From: Burkholderiales bacterium
GTDB taxonomy: Bacteria; Pseudomonadota; Gammaproteobacteria; Burkholderiales; SG8-39
DNA length: 60,222 nt
Assembly: GCA_035637655.1 (NCBI GenBank)
Contig: DASPWT010000210.1
Span: forward strand, 1-60,222
Reading direction: 5' to 3'
Made by a program: the position numbers and the translations under genes. Under the pieces are notes generated by a model. It was not told the DNA's origin and did no database searches. It saw only the letters and a program-made list of their open reading frames with translations. The stretch's first letter is position 1; each line of letters begins with the position of its first letter. Shown here piece by piece: positions 9,868-18,748 of the stretch.

Positions 9868-11167
9868 GTTTCACCTCCCCTTTGCCGTCGACGCCCCAGC
9901 TCGTGAGGCTGTTGTAGTGCTGGTTCGGAAAGCCGAGCACGGGCGGGATATTCCGGGTCTCGCCGCGCTCGGCCACGAACTGGGCGCGGGTCGGCTGCAC
10001 GTTGCCGGCTTCGTCCCACGCGCGGCTCTGCAATACGGCCGGCCCGCCGTCCCAGCGCCAGGGCATGCGGAACCGGGTGAACGCCTTGGGGAGCACCGGC
10101 GCCTGCAGCGCGGCCTCTCCCCAGCTCTTGCCGCCGTCGGCCGAGACCATCACCTTGGATATCCGCCCGTTGCCCGAGTAGGCGATGCCCGAGATTTCGT
10201 AGAAGCCCGGCCCTCTCAAGGCGAGTCCCGGCGAAGGCTGCGTGATGAAGGACTTCACCTCCTGCAGGAAATAAAACCTGAACGCCTTTCCGCCCGGCAG
10301 GATCTGCGAGTAGGTCCGGGTCTCGTAGTAGCTCATGGCCGGCTGCTCGACCAGCTTCAGGCGCCGCAGGAACTTGACGTTCATGTTGCCTTCGTACCCC
10401 GGCAGCAGGAGCCTCATCGGATAACCGTTGCCAGGCATCAAGCGCTCGCCGTTCTGGTAGAGCGCGATCATGGCGTCGTCGAGCGCTTTCTTGACCGGCA
10501 CGCTGCGGCTCAAAGCGAGCGAGTCGGCGCCTTCGGCGACGATCCATTTCGCCTTCGGGTCGATTCCGGTTTCCTCCAGCAAAGTGGAAAGCGGAACACC
10601 GGTCCATTCGGCGCAGGACACGAGGCCGTGCAGCGCCTGCACGCTCGCCTGGATCGGCTCCCTCGAGAACATCGGCGCGCTGTTGCCGCCGCATTCGACG
10701 AAGCTCATGCGCGACACCATCGGATAGCGCGCGAGCGTATCGAGCGTGAACACCAGGGGGCGCTTCACCAGGCCGTGGATCACCAGGCGATGCTTGTCCG
10801 GGTCGATGTCCGGAGTGCCGGAATGCACGATGGTGAAGTGCAGGCCGTTCGGGGTGAGGGTGCCGTTGATGAGGTGATGCGGCGTGCGCGCGTGCGAGGT
10901 GCGCGGGTCGCCGTTGGGATTGCTGAGCGTGCGCGCGATTTTTTCCTCGAAGCGCGAGCGCTGCTCGTAGGGCCGGCTGACGCCGCCGGGAACGAGGCTC
11001 CACGGATCCTCCGCGAGCGGCTCGGCCGCAGCGGATCGAACGAAGGTATAGCCCATCATGGCTCCCGCAACGGCGGCGCCGCTGCGCAGGAACGCGCGGC
11101 GATGCACCAGCCCGTTTGCGGCGACCAGCTGCACGCCGTCCCATCCTCGCTTCGTGCTTGGTTCCAT
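9854..11167 (-). CDS. sorA: sulfite dehydrogenase / SoxC-like molybdopterin oxidoreductase subunit
   Basis: ATG at 11167 (residue 272 of ORF 9854..11980) preceded by AAGGAGGAGG. TAT signal RRAFLRSGAAVAG. Sulfite-oxidase-family blocks FVECGGNS and GYPMRLLLPGYEGNMNVKFLRRL. Confidence 0.8.
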   Translation of the reverse strand: MEPSTKRGWDGVQLVAANGLVHRRAFLRSGAAVAGAMMGYTFVRSAAAEPLAEDPWSLVPGGVSRPYEQRSRFEEKIARTLSNPNGDPRTSHARTPHHLINGTLTPNGLHFTIVHSGTPDIDPDKHRLVIHGLVKRPLVFTLDTLARYPMVSRMSFVECGGNSAPMFSREPIQASVQALHGLVSCAEWTGVPLSTLLEETGIDPKAKWIVAEGADSLALSRSVPVKKALDDAMIALYQNGERLMPGNGYPMRLLLPGYEGNMNVKFLRRLKLVEQPAMSYYETRTYSQILPGGKAFRFYFLQEVKSFITQPSPGLALRGPGFYEISGIAYSGNGRISKVMVSADGGKSWGEAALQAPVLPKAFTRFRMPWRWDGGPAVLQSRAWDEAGNVQPTRAQFVAERGETRNIPPVLGFPNQHYNSLTSWGVDGKGEVKHVYA

Positions 11168-11199
11168 TGCCGTCCTCCTCCTTGTCAGGTTCAGCGCGT

Positions 11200-12780
11200 T
11201 CAGCCGACGACCGCTTTCCATTTTCCCGCGAGCTGCTCCGCGCCGCGCAGGGAAAGCGCGAAGATCGTGTAGGTCGGGTTCGAAGCGCCGCTCGTGGGAA
11301 AGATCCCCGGCCCGGCGACGAAGAGGTTGGCGATCTCGTGCGCCTGGCCGTAGCCGTTTACGACCGAGTTGCCCGCGCCCGTGCCCATGATGGTCCCGCC
11401 CATCAGGTGGATGGTCGGGATATTCCCGCGCGCGGACCAGGCTTCCTTGGCGCCGGCGGCATTCGCGATTTTCAGCCCTTCCTCGAAGTTCGCGTTCCAC
11501 ACCGCGGTCACGTCCTGGTCGTAGCTGTGGACGATCCTGCCGAGCGGCATGCCGAACTCGTCCTTGTCGAGCGCAAGCTCCACGCGATTCTCGATGTTCG
11601 GCATTTCCTCGCCGAAAGCGCCGATTCGGGTGAGCCCGCGCGCTGCGCGCTTCATGAACGCGTGCAGTTCGGGGCCGAACAAATCGAGCCGCGCGTTGGC
11701 GAAGCCGCCGAGGTCGCTCGTCTTCATCGCGGTGCCCGCGACGATGAACGAGCTGCCGAACGCTCCCTTGTGGCTGGTCTTGCCATAGCGATCGTAGGAC
11801 ATGTATTGCGCGCCCGTGGTGCCCATGTGGTTCTCGACGTTCTCGTCGAAGAGCGCCCAGGTGCCGGAGCTGTAGTGCGTCATCAGGTATTTGCCGACCA
11901 GGCCGCTCCTGTTGGCGAGGCCTTTCGGGTGCGCGCCGTTCGCCGAATTGAGCAGGATGCGCGGGTTCTGCGCCGACCACGCGGCGAGCACCACGACGCT
12001 CGCCGGCTGGAATTGCTTCTCTTTTTTATGGTCGTAGTACTCGACGCCGGTGACGCGGGTGCCCTTGGCGTTGGTGAGCACGCGCGTGACCGTGCTCCAC
12101 GCGCGCACCTCGGCTCCGGCCTTTCTTGCATCGGCAAGGTAGGTGACCAGCGGGTTGGACAGCGCGCCGGTCGGGCAGCCGACATGGCACCAGCCGTCGT
12201 AGATGCACGCCGGCCGCCCCTTGTAATCGGTCGAGTTCATGCCGACCGCGGCAGGCACCATGCGGATGCCGGCTGCCGCGAAGCCTTTCAGCCAGATGTC
12301 GCCGTTGCGGAAGGTCTTCATCGGCGGCATCGGGTAGGGAGCACCGGCCGGCCGCCAGATCTCCTCGGCCCTGGCGTCGCCGGAGACGCCGACGTCGCGT
12401 GCCACCTTGTCGAAGTAAGGCGCGAGGTCCTGGTACGAGATCGGCCAGTCGAGCCCGCGGTTGTGCTCGCTCTTCACCTTGAAGTCGTTCGGCAGCAGGC
12501 GCGGGAAGTTGGCAAAGTAGTGCAGCGCGGCTCCGCCGACGCCCCAGCCCGATTGGTAGCTGTATCCGACGGGATTCCTGCCTTCCAGCAGGAACGGGGC
12601 GCCTGCGGTCTTGATCCGCCGCCCCCAGAAATCCGAGCTGATGAGATCGGAAAGCTTCCAGTCCGGTCCCTGCTCCAGGACCACGACCTTCTTGCCGGTT
12701 TTCGCCAGCACCGCGGCATAGACCGAGCCAGACGCGCCCGCACCGGCGATGACGGCATCGACTTTTTCGAGCTTGGCCAT
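11200..12780 (-). CDS. GMC-family FAD-dependent dehydrogenase, large subunit (gluconate 2-dehydrogenase-like)
   Basis: ATG at 12780. The dinucleotide fold VDAVIAGAGASGSVYAAVLAKTGKKVVVLEQG sits at the N-terminus, followed by a GMC-like C-terminal half. Confidence 0.8.
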   Translation of the reverse strand: MAKLEKVDAVIAGAGASGSVYAAVLAKTGKKVVVLEQGPDWKLSDLISSDFWGRRIKTAGAPFLLEGRNPVGYSYQSGWGVGGAALHYFANFPRLLPNDFKVKSEHNRGLDWPISYQDLAPYFDKVARDVGVSGDARAEEIWRPAGAPYPMPPMKTFRNGDIWLKGFAAAGIRMVPAAVGMNSTDYKGRPACIYDGWCHVGCPTGALSNPLVTYLADARKAGAEVRAWSTVTRVLTNAKGTRVTGVEYYDHKKEKQFQPASVVVLAAWSAQNPRILLNSANGAHPKGLANRSGLVGKYLMTHYSSGTWALFDENVENHMGTTGAQYMSYDRYGKTSHKGAFGSSFIVAGTAMKTSDLGGFANARLDLFGPELHAFMKRAARGLTRIGAFGEEMPNIENRVELALDKDEFGMPLGRIVHSYDQDVTAVWNANFEEGLKIANAAGAKEAWSARGNIPTIHLMGGTIMGTGAGNSVVNGYGQAHEIANLFVAGPGIFPTSGASNPTYTIFALSLRGAEQLAGKWKAVVG

Positions 12781-12781
12781 G

Positions 12782-13342
12782 TCACCACCTCTTCTCGGGC
12801 ACGATGTGCGCCATGTAGGGGATGCCGAGGGATTCGTAACCTTCCACGGTCCCGTAGACCACATCGACGGCGTCGCTGCGCGTCACGAAGTAGACGAACG
12901 GCCCGGGCGGCCCTTGCCAGCCGTCGAGCTTCCCCTGGCGCATCAGGTCGACGAACTCGCGCTGCTCGAGTGTATTGAGCTGCGCGAAGCGACGCCCCTC
13001 GCGCGCCTGGCTCGCCCTGTCCATCGCGCCGATCGCGGCCCGGTAGAAGTTCACATACGGGGGCTTGACGTTGAGGATGCGCGCCTCGAGCAACGCCTCC
13101 TCGGGCGGAACCGAAAGCTGCTGATCGATGAAATGCGAAATGCCCGCCGCGCGGGCGCCGGGGACGAGCGTCTCGCCCAGTGCCTCGAGGGTGTCGGCTT
13201 CGTTGGCCTTCAAGAAGCGAAAGGGCACGCCCTGGGCACGGGCCTCGCGCGCGGTCAGGAGAATTTTCGCGCCGCCCACCGTGAACGCGAGCGCGCCGAG
13301 CGTCGCGCCGCGGATGAAGTCCCGTCGTTTCATCTCGTGCAT
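12782..13342 (-). CDS. gluconate 2-dehydrogenase subunit 3-family small subunit (TAT-exported)
   Basis: Twin-arginine signal MKRRDFIRGATLGALA. Sits 1 nt upstream of the GMC gene, the typical pairing. Confidence 0.75.
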   Translation of the reverse strand: MHEMKRRDFIRGATLGALAFTVGGAKILLTAREARAQGVPFRFLKANEADTLEALGETLVPGARAAGISHFIDQQLSVPPEEALLEARILNVKPPYVNFYRAAIGAMDRASQAREGRRFAQLNTLEQREFVDLMRQGKLDGWQGPPGPFVYFVTRSDAVDVVYGTVEGYESLGIPYMAHIVPEKRW

Positions 13343-13511
13343 GATGTCCTCCTCGACAAGATGCGGGCTGCTGCTCCGGATGGAGGGGTGGGCTGCAAGG
13401 GGATTCTAGGCCAACTCCAGCTTCCAAATAAAGGGGGCGGGCCGGCCCTGTTTACGGCGAACCGCCGAAGGAGCAACATGACGGCCTTTATCCGCGCCAC
13501 CAGGGGGACTC

Positions 13512-15191
13512 ATGAAATTCGTCGTATCGGCCGCTGCCGTTCTGTTCTTCTCCATCACCGCCGTGACCGCGCAGACGCTCGATGACCTCAAGAACGACGG
13601 GAAGAATACGGACAACATTCTCACCTACGGCATGGGCTACCACCAGCAGCGCTACAGCCCGCTCAGGCAGATCGACAAGAACACCGTCAGGCGCCTGGTG
13701 CCGGTCTGGAACCTGAGCCTCGACAACAACTGGGGCGAGCAGGCCCAGCCGATCGTCTACAACGGCATGATGGTCGTGACCAACGCCCGCGCCACCGTGG
13801 CGATCGACGTCGCCAGCGGCAAGCAGATCTGGAAGCACACGCTCGAGTGGCCGCCCGAGACGCCGCGCGTCGTGTGCTGCGGCGTGTCCAACAAGGGGGC
13901 GGCGATCTACAACGGCAAGGTCTACCGCACCACGCTGGACGCTCACGTGATCGCGCTCGACGCGAAGGACGGCAAGGAACTCTGGAAGTCGAAGGCCGCG
14001 GAGTGGAAGGACGGTTTTTCGCTCACCGTCGCGCCGCTGGTGGCGAACGGCGTGCTGGTCACCGGAATTTCCGGCGCCGAATTCGGCGTCCGCGGCTTCA
14101 TCGACGGCTGGGACCCCGAGACCGGCAAGCAGCTGTGGCGCCACTACACCATCCCCGCGCGCGGCGAGAAAGGCAACGAGACCTGGCCGCAGGACAACAA
14201 CGCCTGGGAAACCGGCGGCGGCTCGGCCTGGATCACGGGTTCGTACGACCCCGAGCTCGATCTCATGTACTGGGGCACCGGCAACCCCGCGCCCTGGGCC
14301 TCGCAGAGCCGGCCCGGCGACAACCTGTACACATCGTCCGTGCTGGCGATGCGGCCCAAGACCGGCGAAGTCGTCTGGCACTACCAGTTCACGCCGAACG
14401 ACGCCTACGACTACGACGCCTGCTGGGAGCTGATCCTCGCCGACCTCAGCGTGCAGGGCCGGCCGCGCAAAGTGGCGATGCAGCTCAACCGCAACGGCTT
14501 CCTCTACGTGCTCGATCGCACCAACGGAGCGCTGATTTCCGCGAAAGCGTACGGAAAGGTGAACTGGGCGAGCCATGTCGATCCGAAAACCGGGCGACCG
14601 GTCGAGACCGAGATCGCCAAGAGCATTCGCGAGGCCAAGGCCACCGAGCACTGGCCGTCCACGCGCGGCGCCAAGAATTGGGAGCACGCCGCGTTCAATC
14701 CGCAGACCGGCCTCCTCTACGCCAACACGCTGCACGAGGGGCGGATGTACAAGCACCTGGAAATCAAGCCGCACGTCGTCGGCCAGCGCTACATGTACAT
14801 CGAAAACCTGCCGCTGCCGCGCGCCGCCGGCGAACCGGTCGGCCACATCGAGGCGATCGATCCGCTCACCGCGGAGAAGAAATGGCGCGTGCCGCTCACC
14901 GATTTCCAGATCTGGTCGGCGATGCTCGCAACCGGCGGCGGCCTGCTCTTCACCGGCAAGGAGACCGGCGAATTCATCGCACTCGACGCCGCCACCGGCA
15001 AGCAGCTGTGGCAGTTCCAGACCGGCTCGGGCATCAACGCCATGCCCGTCACCTACACGCTGAACGGCCGGCAGTACGTCACGGTGCTGTCCGGGGTCGG
15101 CGGGCTCTATTGGAACATCGCGCGCGAGCGGCTCAAGGACAAGGTGCCGCCGGGGGGCTCGGTCTGGACTTTTGCGCTGATGCCGAACTAA
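13512..15191 (+). CDS. PQQ-dependent alcohol (methanol/ethanol-type) dehydrogenase with lanthanide-type DYD motif
   Basis: Signal peptide; NILTYGMGYHQQRYSPLRQI; vicinal disulfide VVCCGVSNKG; GTGNPAPW; TPNDAYDYDA. Eight-bladed propeller W-motif periodicity. Confidence 0.85.
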   Translation: MKFVVSAAAVLFFSITAVTAQTLDDLKNDGKNTDNILTYGMGYHQQRYSPLRQIDKNTVRRLVPVWNLSLDNNWGEQAQPIVYNGMMVVTNARATVAIDVASGKQIWKHTLEWPPETPRVVCCGVSNKGAAIYNGKVYRTTLDAHVIALDAKDGKELWKSKAAEWKDGFSLTVAPLVANGVLVTGISGAEFGVRGFIDGWDPETGKQLWRHYTIPARGEKGNETWPQDNNAWETGGGSAWITGSYDPELDLMYWGTGNPAPWASQSRPGDNLYTSSVLAMRPKTGEVVWHYQFTPNDAYDYDACWELILADLSVQGRPRKVAMQLNRNGFLYVLDRTNGALISAKAYGKVNWASHVDPKTGRPVETEIAKSIREAKATEHWPSTRGAKNWEHAAFNPQTGLLYANTLHEGRMYKHLEIKPHVVGQRYMYIENLPLPRAAGEPVGHIEAIDPLTAEKKWRVPLTDFQIWSAMLATGGGLLFTGKETGEFIALDAATGKQLWQFQTGSGINAMPVTYTLNGRQYVTVLSGVGGLYWNIARERLKDKVPPGGSVWTFALMPN

Positions 15192-15264
15192 AAGCCGTGC
15201 ACCCGGGTCGCTGAAGCCGGAAGAGATCGAGGCGCTGTGGGCTTACGTGGTGGCGGGCGAGAAG

Positions 15265-15804
15265 TCATGATGGCAGCATGCGGCGCAATATCCCGTGGCG
15301 CGGGAAGATCAGGTGCTTGAGGGCGGCGAGAGTGTGGACAGCGATCAAGGTCACGAAGACATAGGACGTCCCCACGTGCAGGCCGTTGAAGAAAGCGTAG
15401 AGGCCGCGGTCGTCCACGCCCCAGGGCGGGAGCGGCACGGCGTTGAAGAACTTGACCCCGAACTTGCTGAAGTTCGAGGCGGTATAACCCGCGATCGGCA
15501 TGATCAGCATGCAGACGTACAGCAGAACGTGGTTTATGCGCGCCGCGCCGCGCTCCCAGGCGGGCATCGACTCGGGCAGCGGGGGCGGCGTGTGGGTCAG
15601 GCGCCAGGCCAGGCGAAACACGATCAGCAGCCCGATCACGATCCCGGTGGACTTGTGGAAATTGACGAAGATCGTGCGGTCGGGCGTCTCGCGCGGAACG
15701 AGCTGGAGGTACCAGCCGAACGCGATCTGCCCGAGCACGGCCAGGGCGATCAGCCAATGCAGCGTCATGGCGGTGCGGGTATAGCGCGTCGGCAGGGAGT
15801 TCAT
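15265..15804 (-). CDS. cytochrome b561-family membrane protein
   Basis: ATG at 15804 (residue 50 of ORF 15265..15951). Reads TAMTLHWLIALAVLGQIAFGWY ... FHKSTG ... INHVLLYVCM ... AVHTLAALKH, i.e. four TM helices with conserved His residues. Confidence 0.8.
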   Translation of the reverse strand: MNSLPTRYTRTAMTLHWLIALAVLGQIAFGWYLQLVPRETPDRTIFVNFHKSTGIVIGLLIVFRLAWRLTHTPPPLPESMPAWERGAARINHVLLYVCMLIMPIAGYTASNFSKFGVKFFNAVPLPPWGVDDRGLYAFFNGLHVGTSYVFVTLIAVHTLAALKHLIFPRHGILRRMLPS

Positions 15805-15842
15805 CGCGGGCCGGACCCTTATTATAAGAACTTCGTTATCGC

Positions 15843-16811
15843 ATGGAGAGCCCCATGAGCGCCGTGGCGTTGTTGCTGGTCGCGTCTCTCGCCGCCGGCG
15901 CGAGCCCGGCTCAGGATTACCCGAGCAGGCCGGTTCGAATGGTAGTGCCATTCTCGCCGGGCGGGTCGACCGACACGCTCGCGCGCATCGTCGGGCAAAA
16001 GCTCACCGAGCGCTCGGGGCAGCCGGTGATCATCGAGAATCGCGCCGGCGCGGGCGGACACATCGGCGCGGAGCAGGTGGCGAAATCCGCGCCGGACGGA
16101 TACACGCTGCTGCTGGGAGGCGTTCCCCACGCGATCTCGGCAAGCCTTTATTCGAAGCTGCCGTACGACCTCGCCAGGGACCTCGCGGCAATCGCGGAAG
16201 TGGCGTCATTTCCCAGCGCGATCGTCCTGCATCCATCGCTGCCCGCGAAATCGGTGAAGGAGCTGATCGCGCTCGCTCGGGCCCGGCCCGGACGGCTCAG
16301 TTTCGGGTCGGCCGGCATCGGCTCGCCGAATCATCTCTCGCTCGAGCTGTTCCAGGCGATGGCCGGCGTCAGCATGGTGCACGTTCCCTACAAGGGATCG
16401 GGGCAGCTCGTCGGGGATCTGCTTGCCGGGCAGGTGCAGCTCGCGTCGATGGGCTTGCCGGTGGCGATGCCGCACGTTCAATCCGGAAAGCTGAGAGCGA
16501 TCGCGGTGACGGGCGCCGCGCGCTCCCCGCTGCTGCCGGAGGTGCCCACCGTGAGCGAAGCAGGATTGCCGGGATTCGAGGTGACGTCCTGGTACGGCGT
16601 GTTCGGTCCGGCGGGACTGCCCGCAGACATCGTCGCGAAACTCAATTCCGAGATCGGCAGCGCGGTCACGGCGCCCGAGGTCAAAGAGCGCCTCGCCGCG
16701 CTGGGGGCCGAGCCCTCGGTAAAGGCTCCCGATCAGTTCGCCCGCTACGTCCGGCAGGAAATCACGAAATGGGCAAAACTGGTCAGGGACTCGGGCGCCA
16801 AGGCCGAGTGA
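15843..16811 (+). CDS. Bug/TctC-family substrate-binding protein
   Basis: AQDYPSRPVRMVVPFSPGGSTDTLARI, IIENRAGAGG, APDGYTLLL. Confidence 0.9.
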   Translation: MESPMSAVALLLVASLAAGASPAQDYPSRPVRMVVPFSPGGSTDTLARIVGQKLTERSGQPVIIENRAGAGGHIGAEQVAKSAPDGYTLLLGGVPHAISASLYSKLPYDLARDLAAIAEVASFPSAIVLHPSLPAKSVKELIALARARPGRLSFGSAGIGSPNHLSLELFQAMAGVSMVHVPYKGSGQLVGDLLAGQVQLASMGLPVAMPHVQSGKLRAIAVTGAARSPLLPEVPTVSEAGLPGFEVTSWYGVFGPAGLPADIVAKLNSEIGSAVTAPEVKERLAALGAEPSVKAPDQFARYVRQEITKWAKLVRDSGAKAE

Positions 16812-16836
16812 GCGCGGCCGCGCGCCCTTTTGTCTT

Positions 16837-18696
16837 TCAGTTTTTCTTGCCGTCGAGCGCCGCCAATTTCCTGAAGTTCGGCTCCGCGTGCGGCAGAGGC
16901 GGCAGGGACCAGGTGCCGGTGCCCACCGGCCGGATTTCGCGATCGACGGGAACCTCGACCAGATAGGGCCGGTTGGCCTTGATCGCGGTTTCGAGCACGC
17001 CTTCGAGATCGCCGGCGCGCTCGACGCGGGCGGACTCGACTCCGAACGAGCGCGCGAGCATCGCGAAGTCCGGGCTGTAGAGCTCGCCGGTCTTGTGATT
17101 CTCGAAGCTCGTCGCCAGCTCCTTGCCGAACATGCCGAGCTGCATGTCGCGTATCGAGCAGTAGCCGTGGTTGTTCCACACCACCCACACGGCGGGAATG
17201 TCGTATTCCACGGCGGTGGCGAGAATGTGCGGCGTCATCAGGAACGAGCCGTCGCCGACGACCGCCACCGCCGGGCTCTCGGGCTGGGCGAGCTTCGCGC
17301 CGAGAATGCCGCAGGTGGCGAACCCCATGGACGCGAAGCCCCATGATTGCAGCAGATGACGCGGCCGCCGCGCCTTCCACAGCTGCACCACCCAGTTGTG
17401 ATGCACGCCGACGTCGGTCGCGAAGATCGCGTCTTCCGGCATCACCCGGGACAGGCCTTGCATCAGGCGCTCCGGGCGCAGCGGAGACTGGTCGTTTCCG
17501 GCAAACGGGGCCTGGTATTTGTCCCAGGCCGCCCGGCAGTCGCGCAACTGCGCCGTCCAGTCGTCGAAGTTCTTTGTCGACGACTTCAGCTTTTCCTGCG
17601 CGCGCCGGGTCATCGCCTCGAGACTCGCCCGGATGTCGCCCACGATGCCGAGGTGGACGGGGTAATTGCGCCCGATTTCCGCCGGATCGTTGTCGATCTG
17701 GATGAGCTTGGTGGGCGGTATGGTGAGCGTATAGCCGCTGATCCACGCGCTGGTGGTGCGGTCGTCGAAGCTGCAGCCGAGCGCGAGCACGACATCGGCG
17801 TTGCGCGCGGCTTCGTTGGCGGCATAGGGCCCGTTTCTGCCGATCGCGCCGAACGCGAGCTCGTGGGTTTCATCGAGGGTGCCTTTGCCGTTGGGGCTGG
17901 TCACCACCGGGATGCGCACGAGCTCGAGAAACTCGAGCAGCGCGTCCGTGACTTCGCCGATCAGGCCGCCCTGCCCGACCAGCACCACCGGGCGGCGCGC
18001 GGCAAGCAGCAGCTCGAGCGCCCGGGCTAGCGCCTGCAATTCGCCGGGGAAGCGCTGGTTCACCCGCGGATCGGGATCGGGGATCTCGACTTCGGCGGTT
18101 TCCTGGAAAACGTCGAGCGGAACGTCGATGTTCACCGGTCCGGGGCGGCCGGTGCGCAGGAGACCGAACGCCTGCTTGACGGCGAGCGGCAGCATTTCCA
18201 CGCGCGTCGGCTGAAAGCTCTTCTTCACCAGGGGGCGGATGACCGACGGGAAATCGCCCTGGAAATAGCGGCCGGTTTCCTGGAACGGCATGCGGTTGAA
18301 CTGGGTGGTGGGCACGTTGCCGGTGATCGCGAGAAACGCAGACGAATCCATCATGGCTCCCGCGAGCGCGACCGGAAGATTGCACGATCCCGGTCCGCAC
18401 GAGGTGATGGTCGCCACCGGCTCGTGGCGGACCTTGTAGTAGGCATCGGCCATGTAGCCCGCCGCCTGCTCGTGATGCACCGAGATCGTCTTGATGCGCG
18501 AGGCGGCATCGGCGGCGGCGTCGAGAAAGCCGATGTTGCCGTGCCCGCACACGCCGAACAGGTAAGGGACTTTCTCCTTGATCAGGTATTCGACCAGGAT
18601 CTCCGCGCCCTTCCAGGTCTTGCGTTTCGGCGCAACGCGCGGCGGAGCCTCGTTCTCCGTCGCGACCTGCTTGAGAACCGGGCTGGACACATCCAT
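16837..18696 (-). CDS. thiamine-diphosphate-dependent enzyme (acetolactate synthase-like superfamily)
   Basis: ATG at 18696 preceded by GAAGGAGAG. Pyr-domain block HHEQAAGYMADAYYKV...GPGSCNL and PP-domain block VVGDGSFLMT...VWNNHGY. Confidence 0.8.
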   Translation of the reverse strand: MDVSSPVLKQVATENEAPPRVAPKRKTWKGAEILVEYLIKEKVPYLFGVCGHGNIGFLDAAADAASRIKTISVHHEQAAGYMADAYYKVRHEPVATITSCGPGSCNLPVALAGAMMDSSAFLAITGNVPTTQFNRMPFQETGRYFQGDFPSVIRPLVKKSFQPTRVEMLPLAVKQAFGLLRTGRPGPVNIDVPLDVFQETAEVEIPDPDPRVNQRFPGELQALARALELLLAARRPVVLVGQGGLIGEVTDALLEFLELVRIPVVTSPNGKGTLDETHELAFGAIGRNGPYAANEAARNADVVLALGCSFDDRTTSAWISGYTLTIPPTKLIQIDNDPAEIGRNYPVHLGIVGDIRASLEAMTRRAQEKLKSSTKNFDDWTAQLRDCRAAWDKYQAPFAGNDQSPLRPERLMQGLSRVMPEDAIFATDVGVHHNWVVQLWKARRPRHLLQSWGFASMGFATCGILGAKLAQPESPAVAVVGDGSFLMTPHILATAVEYDIPAVWVVWNNHGYCSIRDMQLGMFGKELATSFENHKTGELYSPDFAMLARSFGVESARVERAGDLEGVLETAIKANRPYLVEVPVDREIRPVGTGTWSLPPLPHAEPNFRKLAALDGKKN

Positions 18697-18748
18697 GGCT
18701 GCTCTCCTTCGGTATGTAGCGACGTCTTCGCGGGCGATTCTACTACCG

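Noticed and set aside
9854-11980. Full 708-aa version of the SorA ORF
   Set aside because: The N-terminal 271 residues are Arg-rich junk overlapping the GMC gene. The ATG at 11167 has a strong SD and is followed at once by the TAT signal.
13488-14846. 452-aa minus-strand ORF and other long ORFs overlapping the PQQ dehydrogenase (13847..15214, 14575..15063)
   Set aside because: The plus-strand frame at 13512 has unmistakable quinoprotein motifs. The others are Arg/Gly/Pro-rich shadows with no motifs.
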